A stretch of DNA of 64,000 nucleotides from an uncultured delta proteobacterium (lineage in GTDB: Bacteria > Desulfobacterota > Binatia > UBA9968). Below are positions 18,673-29,446 of this stretch, one piece after another. The notes under the pieces were generated by a model, which saw only the letters and a list, made by a program, of their open reading frames with translations, was not told the DNA's origin and made no database searches. A program made the position numbers and the translations under genes. Position 1 is the stretch's first letter; every line of letters starts with the position of its first letter. The stretch covers positions 192,001 through 256,000 of the forward strand of contig CAVSHR010000005.1 of NCBI GenBank assembly GCA_963727625.1, written 5' to 3'.

Positions 18673-20274
18673 ATGTACAATGCCCATTTTGGATTCCGCG
18701 AAGCGCCATTCGGCGTGACACCCGACCCGCAGTTTTACTATTCCAACGCGGTTTATCAGGAGGCCTGGGCGACTCTCCGTTACGGTATCGAGGCCCGCAA
18801 GGGATTCATTTTAATTACCGGTGAAGCGGGTACGGGAAAAACGACTCTGCTCAGAAAAGCCATGCACGCTTTCGGCTCCAACATCAAGGCAGCTTACTTA
18901 CCGAACACGCTGGTCGATTACACCGACTTGCTTCGTTTGATGTTGACCGATCTCGGCTTGCCGGTTTCCACAGATAATCGGTCGATGATGATCGAGCGCT
19001 TGACTGAGTATTTGATCGAACAGTTTGAGGCGGGAAATATCGTCGCTCTGCTGATCGACGAGGCACAAAATCTGCGCCCTGAGACCCTGGAAGAACTGAG
19101 GCTTCTCGGCAATCTGGAAACCGACAAAGACAAACTCCTGCAAATTGTTTTGGTCGGGCAACCCGAGCTTGAGCAAAAGTTGGATCGACCGGAACTCCTT
19201 CAGCTGAAACAGCGTCTGGTGCTGCGCTGCCGGCTCAAACCGGTTGCGCGCGACGAGGTAGGCGCCTACATGGATTCGCGGCTGCAGACCATCGGCCATA
19301 GGAGCGAGGAGCTGTTTGACCCTGGTGCCGTCGAAAAGATCGCCTCATACTCGGCTGGAATCCCCCGCCTCATCAACATCATCTGCGACAATGCTCTTTT
19401 GGCCGCTTTTGCACTTTCCAAACTCAAAATCACTGCCGCAATCATTGACGAAGTTGCCGAGGATCTACGCCTTGGCCAATCACGAATTCAACAAGACGTT
19501 CGAGCGCAGCCGCCCACAAGTCCGTTTGAAGGGAAAAATACGTTGGAATTCCCAGCGGCCCCGGAGGGAAAACGCATCACAAAAGAGCAGCCGCTCTTCA
19601 GCGATTCCGGCGATCGTCCCATGGCTATGCAAAAAGATTCCATGCCGTCCCCTCGGGATACCCACAACCGGTTCAGGCCGATGATTAGCATGGCGGCGGC
19701 TATCGCCCTGGTGACCGGCTTCGGCATTCTCCTCTATTCTCACGAATGGGGATATCCCATTTCCGGCTCCTCAAGCGATATTGCAGCGGCCGTCGACGGG
19801 GGACGCAAAGAAATGACTCAGGTCGAGTCGGCCGCGTCTGCGCTCGAAGCGAAAACTTCAGCCACAACTCCCCAAGCAACCTTACCCGCCCCTCGGATTG
19901 AGGCAGTAAATGTTTCCACTGGGCAAGCTGTTTCTGATCAAATGGAAAAGCCAATCACTGCCTCGGCTGCTGAAGAGCCTGGACAACAGGTCTCAACCGC
20001 GGTCATCGTCGCCGAAGTCCAAAAAGCAGCGGAGCCGGCGCGCGGCGACAACGAGAAAAAATCCACAAACAGCGCAAACTTTCTTGTCGTAGCACGATCT
20101 TTCGTTCGGGCCAAACCAACCGCTGGCGCGGCAATCGTCGCCACTCTGGAGCCGGGCACACGCATCACCGTCGCGGGCCGGACGGGACAATACTATCGGA
20201 TCCGCTCGCTGGGAACCGAGACGATCCGTGGCTACGTCCACAAGGAAGATGCCTTTTTTGAGCGAAAGAGTTAG
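18673..20274 (+). CDS. ExeA/GspA-family AAA ATPase with TM segment and C-terminal SH3b-like domain
   Basis: MY..HFGF.EAPF..TPDP, GEAGTGKT, IDEAQ, LVGQPEL, GIPRLIN..CD; C-terminal VRAKP..IVATL..G..GYVH. Confidence 0.9.
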   Translation: MYNAHFGFREAPFGVTPDPQFYYSNAVYQEAWATLRYGIEARKGFILITGEAGTGKTTLLRKAMHAFGSNIKAAYLPNTLVDYTDLLRLMLTDLGLPVSTDNRSMMIERLTEYLIEQFEAGNIVALLIDEAQNLRPETLEELRLLGNLETDKDKLLQIVLVGQPELEQKLDRPELLQLKQRLVLRCRLKPVARDEVGAYMDSRLQTIGHRSEELFDPGAVEKIASYSAGIPRLINIICDNALLAAFALSKLKITAAIIDEVAEDLRLGQSRIQQDVRAQPPTSPFEGKNTLEFPAAPEGKRITKEQPLFSDSGDRPMAMQKDSMPSPRDTHNRFRPMISMAAAIALVTGFGILLYSHEWGYPISGSSSDIAAAVDGGRKEMTQVESAASALEAKTSATTPQATLPAPRIEAVNVSTGQAVSDQMEKPITASAAEEPGQQVSTAVIVAEVQKAAEPARGDNEKKSTNSANFLVVARSFVRAKPTAGAAIVATLEPGTRITVAGRTGQYYRIRSLGTETIRGYVHKEDAFFERKS

Positions 20275-20276
20275 CG

Positions 20277-20575
20277 ATGGCGAAGGGACTGCTCCAATAC
20301 GACATCGCGAGTGGCATCGATTTTAGCTGCTCGCGGGCAATGCTCGCGGCAGCTTTTCCGGCGATATCGGCGGCCCAAAGATGGGCTCCGTGGACACAGC
20401 TTTGGATTTAGAGTTTCTCGACCTGGTGAATGAGGGCAAAGGCAAAGAGATCTTGATTTGGATCACGCTGCAAGGAGTCCTCGGCAATCTTCGCCCTTCG
20501 TTCACCGACCACATCTGCGGCGAAGATGGGTCCATCGCAGCAACTCTCGGCGCTTGGCAACCGGATGCTCGCTAG
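20277..20575 (+). pseudogene. Decayed fragment of a LigB-type extradiol dioxygenase
   Basis: GSFSGDIGGPKMGSVD..LDLEFLDL..EILIWITLQG resembles the LigB C-terminus (SGGLSH..G....FD..FL..E...WI...G), with deletions. Confidence 0.45.
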
Positions 20576-20774
20576 ATAATTTGCCAACGATCGCCGCGCT
20601 GATCCGATACCCTTACCCTCAGACGTGCGCGCTATTGCTCGCCCCGTGCCCTGGTTGGCTCTCGGCCCAAATTTTCCCGTCGAATAGAGAATCGAGAAAC
20701 GTGTCAGATGACATGAAAGAGGGACCAACTCTGAGTAGCATGGGGAACGAATAGAAACCATATACGAAGGAGGT

Positions 20775-21109
20775 GGGGACCGGAAACGATTTGAACCTTC
20801 CCTGGTGAACTGGACCAGCGCCGGAAGAGTGGCGGTGAGCGTGCCAACGCTGGGTGTGTGTCACAGAGATCCATCGCATCACTGCCGATAGATCTCCATC
20901 GTGCGCGGCCACAACAAGAGATGCCGTTGATTTGGCATCAAACAATATGCCGCGATCCGTATGCCGGTGCGGTGATGGGCTTCGGCAAGAATGTTTCCAA
21001 ACGCAGAATAATCGGAGGGCTCCTCGAATAACTCCAACCGACCGACACGTCGGTTCAGTACGCGATAGGCGACTCCACCGGTCGAAAGACGAGGTCGACG
21101 CAGCATCAA
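20775..21109 (-). mobile_element. Truncated, frameshifted REP-associated tyrosine transposase (RAYT/Y1_Tnp) relic
   Basis: RRPRL..GGVAYRVLNRRVGR..LF..AYCLMPNQRHLLL (HUH degraded), then after a frameshift MRWISVTHTQRWHAH..G.VHQGRFKSFPV; 3' half absent. Confidence 0.85.
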
Positions 21110-21333
21110 TTTTAATTGTCGCGTCTATCGCATGGTCGTTCGGTCGCCAAGAAAAAATTCCCGACCCCTTTTCACCTCCCCTTTTCACCTCCGCGTGCTC
21201 GCTGAATCGACAATTTCCCGAGAACGATCGGATAATAGAATAATCCACAGTGCGATCTTAATCCATGAAACTCAATATCGCCGTCTTTCAGCCAGCTACG
21301 TGTCCGAGCGCATTCGGATTTAGATTTTCGAGT

Positions 21334-21457
21334 CCATAGAGGCGATCTCCGTAGGGGAATATCCGAACCATAAACCCAGCGCTTATCGCCGAACTCTTCA
21401 CTAGCGAACGGCGGCAGTTTCTCATCGACCTCGTAGCCGAAGTAAATCTGTCCACGC
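21334..21457 (-). pseudogene. Diverged ~125-bp copy of the 3' part of the amidohydrolase gene (23113-23235)
   Basis: ccatagaggcgatctccgt..atatccgaaccataaacccagc..cgccgaactcttc..cagtttctcatcgacctcg..aaatctgtcc is present in both places. Confidence 0.8.
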
Positions 21458-21641
21458 GCCGCATGCGAAATGCCCTATGGCATTTGCTAAGATCGGAAAA
21501 CTATTTTCTGAAAGGAAATTTCCGGTGCTTAGGCAAAGCGCGGTCCGACCCGAGCCGCGCGATAAGCCTATCGCCTGTGTTCAACGGAGCTGAGATGACA
21601 CCATGAATATGCCCCGCCATACCAGCACAGGGAGCCCGGAA

Positions 21642-22835
21642 TGATCCATACCAATTGAGAAATCAGGGAGGCGTCGGAAATTTTTCGGTTGATACATGGC
21701 AGCCGCGAGTGTAGCGACCAACACGATCTTTTCCGCCGCCTATTTCCAGGGCTTCGGCGTCCTCATCATCCCGATAGAACGCACCTTCGGCTGGGACCGC
21801 TGGGTTATTTCAGGCGTCGGCTTCATCGGCCTCACCTTCACCAACGGCATTGTCACTTTTTTCTCTGCTTCGTGGTCATTTTCCTGGGAGGATCCGGCGT
21901 CAGCCATGTGGTTACCCGGCCGGTGATCATCTCGCGGTGGTTTCGTCGCAACCGCGGCCTGACCACGGGGCTTGCAGTAACGGGCCCCATCTTTGGCTCG
22001 CCCATCGTCAAACTGAACATGCAGATCGAGGAGGCGTACGGCTGGCGCGTTGTTCTCCTCGGCTACGGCACCCGGGTCTTAGTCGGCGTCACGCTGCTTA
22101 GCAAGCTGGTGCGCGACCGGCCGGAGCCCTACGGTTTGCGGCCAGATGGCGACCTGCCGGAGGAGAGCGCCACAGAACGCGCGACCGGCCCATCGCGCCG
22201 CCGAACCGATACCGGACTGACGCTCCACGCGGTGGTCCGCACCAAGGAGTTCTGGCTATTCACGAGCTACCTGTCGGGTACCTTCGCCATAAACTCCGCG
22301 GTCCAAGTCCCCCATGATTCCCTACTTCCAGCAGGACATCGGACTCAGCGCGGCATGGGCGGCCGTGGTCATGTCCAGGGTCTTCATCCTCAGCGGGATC
22401 GGCCGCATAGGCGGCGGCTATCTGCTCGACAGGATGGACTATCGAATCGTCCTGGCCATCGTCGCCGGGATGATGGGCACCGACCTGTTGTACCTTCAGA
22501 TCATGGCCGTCAAAACGGTCTGGGCCACATTGCCCTTCGCGTTAACGTTCGGCGTCAGCTTCGGCTGCCTGGTTCCCATGCGCGGCGCCGTCGGCAGCAT
22601 CATGTTCGGCACCCGAGCCAGCGGTAGAGTGATAGGGATTCTGCAGGGGGGCCGATTGCAGCGGAGTCATCGCCCCCTTGGTCATGGGCTTGATCTCCGA
22701 CCCCACGGGAACTACTCCGCCGCCATTTGGGGGCCTCATCGTCCTCAGCGCTTTCATGATGCCGCTGTCTCTGGCCATGGCCTCGCCCGCCGAGTTGGCC
22801 AATCGCATTGGGCGGCAGCAGGGAAAAGGATAAGG
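21642..22835 (+). pseudogene. MFS transporter pseudogene
   Basis: FFG*YMAAA (TGG>TGA), FGVLIIPIERTFGW, RWFRRNRGL, VRDRPEPYGLRPDG, GRIGGGYLLDR are split over several frames. Confidence 0.85.
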
Positions 22836-22905
22836 GTTAATTGTGTTCGTGCTCGTGAATTCACGGTCACGTTGGCCGACAGGATCACGATTTAGCGTTG
22901 AGCCA

Positions 22906-23001
22906 TTGGAACGAATGGAACTTCTGGAACCTTTGGAACCTATTTTCGTGGGAACGTTTTGAACTGAGCAAAGCGATTGAACGGCTTGAACGATTTGAAC
23001 G
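22906..23001. repeat. Degenerate ~9-bp tandem repeats T(G/T)GAACnnn
   Basis: ttggaacgaatggaacttctggaacctttggaac and ttgaacggcttgaacgatttgaacg between convergent genes. Confidence 0.75.
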
Positions 23002-23012
23002 GAGCGCTTTGT

Positions 23013-24164
23013 TTATGTACCGATCCCGTAAAAGCGCGCTGTATTATCGACGAGCAGCTTTCGCTTGCTCTCTTCGCTGATATCGTCTCGCTTGAGGAAG
23101 AGTTCAACCGCGCCATAGAGGCGATCTCCGTGCGGGATATCCGAACCATAAACCCAGCACTGGTCGCCGAACTCTTCGATGGCGAACGGCAGCAGTTTCT
23201 CATCGACCTCGAAGCCGAAATAAATCTGTCCGCGCTCGATGTATTCTTTGGGCAAAAGCTTACCCTTGTAACCCCGGTGAAAATCGACTCCCGCCCGCGC
23301 CCCGGGAAAGCCGCTATATTCTTCAATTCGCTCCACCAAAGCGGGTACCCAGGAGCAACCGGCTTCGAGAAACGCAATTCGCAAGTTCGGGTAGCGGTCG
23401 GCGATCCCTTTCGAGATCACGCGGTGGAAAGCGAACTGCACGGTCAGCCAAAACGATATTGCCGTCTTGTCATGGTGCGTGTCGTTAACCTGGCCGAGGG
23501 CGCGAAAGCTGTGTCCGGTATGCACCGCTACGGGAAGCCCGGTGTCGTTGGCCGCGGCCCAAATCGGCTCCATGGGCGGGTCGTCGATTCTCACGTCTCC
23601 GGTGACGCCGAGAAGCATCACGGCCACGGCTCCCAACTCCTTGCCTCGCCCGATTTCCCGAACCGATGCCTGCGGATCGACGGGGTCGATCACCGTGACC
23701 CACTTTAGGCGCTCGGGACATTGGCGGGCGAGGTCGGCGACCCAGCTATTGTAGGCGCGCATCATCGCCACGGCCAACTCCCGATCATAGGTGATCGGAT
23801 AGGAGAGAAACATCGTGGGATAGATCACTTGAAGCGCGGTATTCTCCCGGTCCAATTGTTCAAGACGAGTATTGACCGAGCGCATTTCCGCGCTTTCGAC
23901 GGGGTCATGAGGACTGATGCCCGGCGTGACTTTTGCCGCCACACCGTTCTTGCTGAGGGGAAAGCCGGCTTGCTGATAGGGCCCGCTTCTCACCGGAAAA
24001 GAGCGGGTATCGATCATCCAGTAGAGCGGGCCGTCCGGGCCGGTCTCGACAATGCTCGGTCTGCGATTTTTCAATTTAGGATCCCAATATTTGTCTGAGA
24101 ACGTCACTTCGGATTCCGATACATGCCCGTCCGCGTCCCACGCCTTAATCATCTGCGCCTCCAA
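23013..24164 (-). CDS. Amidohydrolase_2 family metal-dependent hydrolase/decarboxylase
   Basis: DADGHVSE, QVIYPT, AYNSW, LPVAVH, FLEAGCSW, YGSDIPHGD. Confidence 0.92.
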   Translation of the reverse strand: MEAQMIKAWDADGHVSESEVTFSDKYWDPKLKNRRPSIVETGPDGPLYWMIDTRSFPVRSGPYQQAGFPLSKNGVAAKVTPGISPHDPVESAEMRSVNTRLEQLDRENTALQVIYPTMFLSYPITYDRELAVAMMRAYNSWVADLARQCPERLKWVTVIDPVDPQASVREIGRGKELGAVAVMLLGVTGDVRIDDPPMEPIWAAANDTGLPVAVHTGHSFRALGQVNDTHHDKTAISFWLTVQFAFHRVISKGIADRYPNLRIAFLEAGCSWVPALVERIEEYSGFPGARAGVDFHRGYKGKLLPKEYIERGQIYFGFEVDEKLLPFAIEEFGDQCWVYGSDIPHGDRLYGAVELFLKRDDISEESKRKLLVDNTARFYGIGT

Positions 24165-24394
24165 ACCGATCTTGTGAATAATTCACAGCAGAAACCTGTC
24201 TATGGCAACCTATACGACGCGCGAGCCTTGCGGCTCAAGATCTTCCCGCCTCATTTCCGGTAACATCCCAGCAAATTTCAACCTTGGATCATCGCCCAAC
24301 ATTTCCGTTCTTTCGCTACTCCTAGCTATTTGACAAGTCAAAGCTCTGGCGGAGAACCTTGCGTGTTGCCGTGCTTTCATTCTACTTTCAAGGC

Positions 24395-25603
24395 ATGATC
24401 ACCTTCGTCGATCTCGAAGGGGCGCGGGAGCGCATCAAGGACCAGATTTATCTATCGCCGTTCGCGCACTCGGATACCATCAGCCGGATGACCGGCAACA
24501 AAGTCTTTTTTAAGCTGGAGAACTTGCAGATCACCGGCTCGTTCAAAGAGCGCGGCGCGCTCAATCGCCTCTTGACGCTCACGCCCGAAGAAGCTCAGTG
24601 CGGCGTGATCGCCGCCAGCGCCGGCAATCACGGCATGGCGGTGGCGTTTCACAGCCGGCGTTTGAGCATCGCCGCGACCATCGTCATGCCGCTGTTTGCG
24701 CCGCTGGTCAAAGTCACCCGCGTGCGCCAGTACGGCGCCCAGAGCGTGCTGCACGGCGGCGATTACGATGCGGCCTATGCCGAGGCCGTAAGATTGAGCC
24801 GGAAAAACGCGCTCACGTTTATCTCGGCGTTCGACGATCCTTGGATCGTCGCCGGCCAAGGAACCGTCGGCCTGGAGATCTATGAGCAAAATTCCGATCT
24901 CGACGCGGTAATCATCCCGGTGGGCGGCGGCGGCCTGATTGCCGGGGTAGCGCTCGCTCTCAAAACGCTCAAACCCAGGATTCGAGTCATCGGCGTGCAA
25001 GCCGAAGCCGTTCCGTCGATGAAAGTGGCACTGGAAAATGGCGCGCCGGCCGAATTGCCGCCTGCCACGACCATCGCCGACGGCATCGCCGTGCGCCGGG
25101 TCGGCGCAACGCCGTTTGAGTTGGTGAAAAACTATGTTGATGAAATCGTCACGGTAGGCGAAGGCGAGATAGCCAATGCCGTGTTGTTACTTTTAGAAAT
25201 CGAAAAAACCGTGGCTGAAGGCGCCGCCGCGGTGCCACTCGCCGCTTTAGTCAACCAGAAAGTGTCTCTGGCCAACAAAAACGTCGGCCTCATCGTCAGT
25301 GGCGGCAATATCGACGTCAATCTGGTGGCGCGCATCATCGAGACCGGCTTGATCCAGGACGGCCGCTTGGGGCGGTTTTCCATCGTCATCTCCGACCGCC
25401 CCGGCAGCCTGGCGCGCTTGACACAGCGCGTCGCCGACCTGGGCGCGAATATTTTACGGATCAGTCAAACCCGCGGCTTTGGCGAGATGGCCATCGGCGA
25501 GACCGAAGTCGAGCTGACTCTCGAAACCACAGGGATGGAACACGTCCAGCGGATCTACGAGACCTTGCTCAAAGACAAGTTCAAAATAAAAAACGAACCC
25601 TAG
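24395..25603 (+). CDS. ilvA: Threonine ammonia-lyase with C-terminal ACT domain
   Basis: [16 protein letters not shown] (PLP Lys), SAGNHG, PVGGGGL, SGGNID, DRPGSL; start MITF (ORF track 24359). Confidence 0.93.
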   Translation: MITFVDLEGARERIKDQIYLSPFAHSDTISRMTGNKVFFKLENLQITGSFKERGALNRLLTLTPEEAQCGVIAASAGNHGMAVAFHSRRLSIAATIVMPLFAPLVKVTRVRQYGAQSVLHGGDYDAAYAEAVRLSRKNALTFISAFDDPWIVAGQGTVGLEIYEQNSDLDAVIIPVGGGGLIAGVALALKTLKPRIRVIGVQAEAVPSMKVALENGAPAELPPATTIADGIAVRRVGATPFELVKNYVDEIVTVGEGEIANAVLLLLEIEKTVAEGAAAVPLAALVNQKVSLANKNVGLIVSGGNIDVNLVARIIETGLIQDGRLGRFSIVISDRPGSLARLTQRVADLGANILRISQTRGFGEMAIGETEVELTLETTGMEHVQRIYETLLKDKFKIKNEP

Positions 25604-25611
25604 GCGGCTCT

Positions 25612-26037
25612 ATGGCTCTCTTCCCCGTTTCGGCGCAAAAAGAAAAGCAATTGCAGGAGCGCATGCAGGCGTTGGGCATTCGCGAGCAGGACATCGAAGA
25701 GCAATTCGTGCGCTCCTCCGGAGCCGGCGGCCAGAACGTCAACAAAGTTTCGAGCTGCGTCGTCCTTCATCATCGGCCCACGGGAATCCGCGTTAAATGT
25801 CAGAAAGAGCGCTCCCAGGGGCTCAATCGTTTCATCGCGCGCCGGCTTTTGCTGGAGAAAATCGACGCCAAGCTTAGAGGCAGCGCGGCCGAAGCAGAGC
25901 AGCGTGTCGCCAAGATACGCCGCCAAAAGCGTAAACGCTCGCGCCGTGCCAAGCTGCGCCTGCTGGTCGACAAACACCGCCAGAGCGAAAAAAAGTCTTT
26001 GCGGGCCGCCGTGCGGCGCGAGCGTTACGAAGATTGA
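25612..26037 (+). CDS. arfB: ArfB/YaeJ-like peptidyl-tRNA hydrolase (RF-1 domain)
   Basis: [19 protein letters not shown], basic C-terminal tail. Confidence 0.88.
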   Translation: MALFPVSAQKEKQLQERMQALGIREQDIEEQFVRSSGAGGQNVNKVSSCVVLHHRPTGIRVKCQKERSQGLNRFIARRLLLEKIDAKLRGSAAEAEQRVAKIRRQKRKRSRRAKLRLLVDKHRQSEKKSLRAAVRRERYED

Positions 26038-26109
26038 GCCCGGCGACGGCTAAAAATGACTTGCACGATCGTAACCTTCGCGGGCGTCGGCGAAGAGCGA
26101 CGGTTTTTA

Positions 26110-26432
26110 TCTAATTTGCCTCCCCGCGCTGCTTCGTTGCGCAGCAGCCGGAGCGCCTCCGCGCTTTCCGCCGGCGCCAAGCCGAACAAACGGACTTCGC
26201 CGGATGGATATCGGTCCTTAATCTTTCTGCAGGCCGGGCAGCAGACCGGGCGTGTATGAACGGGGCTGCTCAATCCGCCCGGCACCGTCAGCGTCCAACG
26301 ACGCCGATGATAAAAAGCGCCGCAACCCATGCATTAAAGGAGCTCTTTGGGCAAGCGGCGCGGCAGATACATATCCCGCTCCCCATCGACCTTTTTGTAC
26401 GATGTGGCATATTTCTTGGCCGCGGGTCTCAT
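26110..26432 (-). pseudogene. BCAM0308-family protein pseudogene
   Basis: ATG 26432 overlaps the upstream stop; in-frame TAA at 26334-26336, then CMGCGAFYHRRRW..CPACRKIKDRYPSGEV..LLRNE; C-terminal third missing. Confidence 0.7.
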
Positions 26433-26782
26433 GTTTTTTTTCGCGCTTTCTTGGTCTCAGGCACTTTGGAAGTTAGTTTATCGACCCAGGCGCCGAGCGG
26501 CCCCCGGCTGATCTTGCGAATGACCGCTTCCAGCTCGCCCTTGTCCATCCAAATACCGCCGCATTCGCGGCAGCGATCCAAAAGATGCCCCTCGAAGGTA
26601 TAGGTCTCGAGCGAGCCGGGACATTTGGGACAGCGTAAGTCGCTGCTGGTTTTATCGACTTTTTTTAACCGCTCACGAAGCTTTTCGAGCACTTCGCGAT
26701 CGCGCTCCGCGAAATAGATATCTTCCTTGGCCCGTTCGACCAGCCTCATGGTATTGCCAAATCGATCTTTTTCCTCAGCCAT
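26429..26782 (-). CDS. zf-TFIIB-like zinc-ribbon protein
   Basis: AKEDIYFAERDRE, CPKC..DRCRECGGIWMDKGEL. Confidence 0.85.
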   Translation of the reverse strand: MAEEKDRFGNTMRLVERAKEDIYFAERDREVLEKLRERLKKVDKTSSDLRCPKCPGSLETYTFEGHLLDRCRECGGIWMDKGELEAVIRKISRGPLGAWVDKLTSKVPETKKARKKT

Positions 26783-26818
26783 GGCTCATCCCTCCAAAGT
26801 TTTCAGTCAAAGGAAGAC

Positions 26819-26833
26819 GCAGCTTTAATGCCA
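26819..26833 (-). promoter_or_regulatory. Sigma-54 promoter upstream of the zinc-ribbon gene
   Basis: TGGCAT-TAAAG-CTGC. Confidence 0.65.
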
Positions 26834-27080
26834 AGTCGGCGAACAAACGCCGCGAAATTCTTCCGTGCCGGCGGGCAGGTTAATTTGTAACCAAGGGCTA
26901 TCATCGGAAGCGCTTCGCAAAATCGCGAAGAGGTGGATCTTGTTTTCGCGGTGATTGGAACTTTTTTGTCTCGCTTTCGCCATAGAGGTGATAACCGCGG
27001 TTATTGCGAAGCAGCCATTTTGCATTTACGTTATGGGCTGCCAATCACCGCTTTCAAATGGCGAAAGGAAAAAGCCGGCG

Positions 27081-27488
27081 ATGCGAAATTTGCTATTTTT
27101 TTTAGGCCTTGCAGTGCTGTTAGCGCTGAGCAATCAGGCGAAGGCATGGGCGGGTGAAACCAACAGCGGCAAGCAAATGTATTTACAGTACTGTAGCTCT
27201 TGTCATGGGCGCACGGCGATCGGCGATGGGCCCGTGAGCCGAGACTTGAAGCTTAAGGTTCCGAATCTCACGCTTTTGGCGAAAAAGAATCACGGCATTT
27301 ATCCGCTCGATGACGTAATGGCGACGATCGACGGGCGCCGTTTGGTCAGAGCCCACGGCGATCGAGAAATGCCCGTGTGGGGTGACAGGTTTCTTAGCGC
27401 GCTCGCCGAAAAGAAATACCCCGAGCTCACCACACTCTTGAAGGCAAAAATCATCGCCGAATACGTCGCTACACTGCAAAAAAAATAG
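27081..27488 (+). CDS. Monoheme cytochrome c
   Basis: Signal peptide, YCSSCHG..GDGP, PNLT.LA, IDGR..AHG.REMPVWG. Confidence 0.9.
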   Translation: MRNLLFFLGLAVLLALSNQAKAWAGETNSGKQMYLQYCSSCHGRTAIGDGPVSRDLKLKVPNLTLLAKKNHGIYPLDDVMATIDGRRLVRAHGDREMPVWGDRFLSALAEKKYPELTTLLKAKIIAEYVATLQKK

Positions 27489-27740
27489 CCGAAAGTCCCG
27501 CGGAATTAGCGGCAATTTCTTCCAAGACAGATTTCCGCCCCATGAACCGCGTGACCTGCGCCATCCTGCCGCGAGATTGAGATCGGTTAGCGTCAGAAAT
27601 TGCAGCGCCGGTTCGGCAGGATAAGCGGCTCTTTATCAGTCATCGCACCACAATGTAACGGCGCCCGCCGTTGAATACCCAGCTTTGGCACCGTTACGCC
27701 GCTAGTGAATGGTCGCGAGGAGCCTCTCTCCTGAGCTATT

Positions 27741-28211
27741 TTAGGCGGCCTTTGCTTTGTTTATATGCCGGCCAGAACGCGGCACCACAAGGACCGGACA
27801 GGGCGCGCGCGCAACCACCTTTTCAGTCACGCTGCCCAAAATTATATGATCGAGACCGGTGCGACCGTGCGTCGACATGACGATCATGTCAACACCTTCT
27901 TCTTTTGCCTTTTCGATGACACTTTGAACCGCCGTTCCGATCTCGACTATTGGCCGCACTTCGACAAGATTGATGCATTCGGCAAAGTTATCGGCAAGAA
28001 AACCATCTAACTTGTTGCGGCAGTGCTGCAACAAGTCGGGGTGGGCCAGCACCTCGCCGCGCTTATCCGCCCATTCACCGCTAAAATCGATCACGTGATA
28101 AACGATCACCTCTGCACTGGTATCGCGCGCGACATCTAAGGCATAGCTAATCCCAAGCTTGGATAGCTCCGAGAAATCGGTCGGCGCCAAAATCTTCTTC
28201 ACCCTCGACAT
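27741..28211 (-). CDS. Universal stress protein (single USP domain)
   Basis: KKILAPTDFS, DMIVMSTHGRTG..LGSVTEKVV..APCPVLVV. Confidence 0.93.
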   Translation of the reverse strand: MSRVKKILAPTDFSELSKLGISYALDVARDTSAEVIVYHVIDFSGEWADKRGEVLAHPDLLQHCRNKLDGFLADNFAECINLVEVRPIVEIGTAVQSVIEKAKEEGVDMIVMSTHGRTGLDHIILGSVTEKVVARAPCPVLVVPRSGRHINKAKAA

Positions 28212-28252
28212 AAGAACCTCCTTATGGAATGGCTCAACTGACATTGAGCAGC

Positions 28253-28267
28253 GCAAGATCCGTGCCT
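28253..28267 (-). promoter_or_regulatory. Sigma-54 promoter upstream of the USP gene
   Basis: AGGCAC-GGATC-TTGC. Confidence 0.7.
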
Positions 28268-28423
28268 CGCTTCGCGCGCCGATCAAACGGGGGATTTAAC
28301 GTTTTCGCGCCTTTTCTTTCTTATCTTTGAGGAAATCTTCGGCGAAATTCGCGCCTACGCGAATCGAGCATGAGATGATGGGTTTAAGCTTCTGAAATCA
28401 CAGAGGACCCAGAGCCAAAGCCT

Positions 28424-28438
28424 TGGCATAAGCTGTGC
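28424..28438 (+). promoter_or_regulatory. Sigma-54 promoter upstream of the CBS operon (divergent from the USP promoter)
   Basis: TGGCAT-AAGCT-GTGC. Confidence 0.6.
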
Positions 28439-28526
28439 TCATTTGAATCAGTAAGAAATAAATCGGCGCGGAATGACCGGCGAGCTGTCAAAAGAAAGGA
28501 AACAAACCATGGGAGGATATGACTGG

Positions 28527-28943
28527 ATGAAAATCGTCGATGTGATGACGCGGAATCCCGTGATTGTGACACCTAGCGAATCCGTCGGACAGGCCGATGA
28601 GCTGATGACCCAGAATAAAATCCGCCAACTACCAGTGGTGGAAGGCACCGCATTGCTTGGAATCGTCACGGATCGCGATATTCGTTCTTTTCTGAGCGGC
28701 TCGCTGCTTTTGGATCCGGAAGCACGCGAAAAAGCGCTCGGCACGCCAGTGCGGGAATTGATGACCACCGAACCTCTCACTCTCTCCCCCGATGACGAGC
28801 TGCAGGAGGCGGTCGAACTACTCATCGACGAAAAGATCGGCGGGATTCCCGTAATGGATGAAGCGGAAGGACTGGTGGGCATCGTCACTTACGTCGATTT
28901 GCTCAGGTGTTTTCTAAACCGGTTGCGGGAGGAACAACCATGA
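28527..28943 (+). CDS. CBS-pair protein
   Basis: VMTRNP, IRQLPVV, GIVTDRD, KIGGIPV, GIVTYVD. Confidence 0.9.
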   Translation: MKIVDVMTRNPVIVTPSESVGQADELMTQNKIRQLPVVEGTALLGIVTDRDIRSFLSGSLLLDPEAREKALGTPVRELMTTEPLTLSPDDELQEAVELLIDEKIGGIPVMDEAEGLVGIVTYVDLLRCFLNRLREEQP

Positions 28944-29362
28944 AGAACGGCAAACAGGGCATCGTGCGTGAAATCATGATGGGCTCACCGGTATCTCTAG
29001 GACCCGAAGACACCTTGGACTTGGCCAGCAACGTGATTTCACTAGGCCGCATTCGCCATATTCCGGTCATCGAAGCGGGCAGGCTGGTCGGCCTGATCAG
29101 CGAACGCGACTTGATGGGCACGGCCGCCAACCGGATATTCGGCCTTAAACAAAGGAGCAAATCGGCGCTTTTAAAGAGCGTACGGGTTAAGGATATTATG
29201 CGAAAACGCGTGGTCACGGTCGATCCCGATACGCCGATTAAAAACGCCGCACAGCTCATGGCCGACAAGAAGATCGGTTGCGTGCCAGTGGTGGACGATG
29301 GCGCGCTCGTCGGGCTGGTTACGACCACCGATATTTTGCGCTATGTGGAGGGCTTGGGATAA
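28940..29362 (+). CDS. CBS-pair protein
   Basis: IRHIPV, GLISERD, KIGCVPVV, GLVTTTD; ATGA overlap with the upstream gene. Confidence 0.9.
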   Translation: MKNGKQGIVREIMMGSPVSLGPEDTLDLASNVISLGRIRHIPVIEAGRLVGLISERDLMGTAANRIFGLKQRSKSALLKSVRVKDIMRKRVVTVDPDTPIKNAAQLMADKKIGCVPVVDDGALVGLVTTTDILRYVEGLG

Positions 29363-29446
29363 GGCAATGCGGCGCATGCTGAGGCGAGCGGCGCCGGCTT
29401 GAGCTAAAACCAATCATCCCGGTTAAGGAACCAATGAGGAGGACAC

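Noticed and set aside
22898-23080. ORF MSHWNEWNFWN... and a possible CRISPR array
   Set aside because: It is the translation of 9-bp repeats, with no repeat-spacer structure and no cas genes
26334-26336. In-frame stop in the BCAM0308-like gene as a recoding site
   Set aside because: The stop is TAA, not TGA or TAG, and the gene is also 3'-truncated, so decay is simpler
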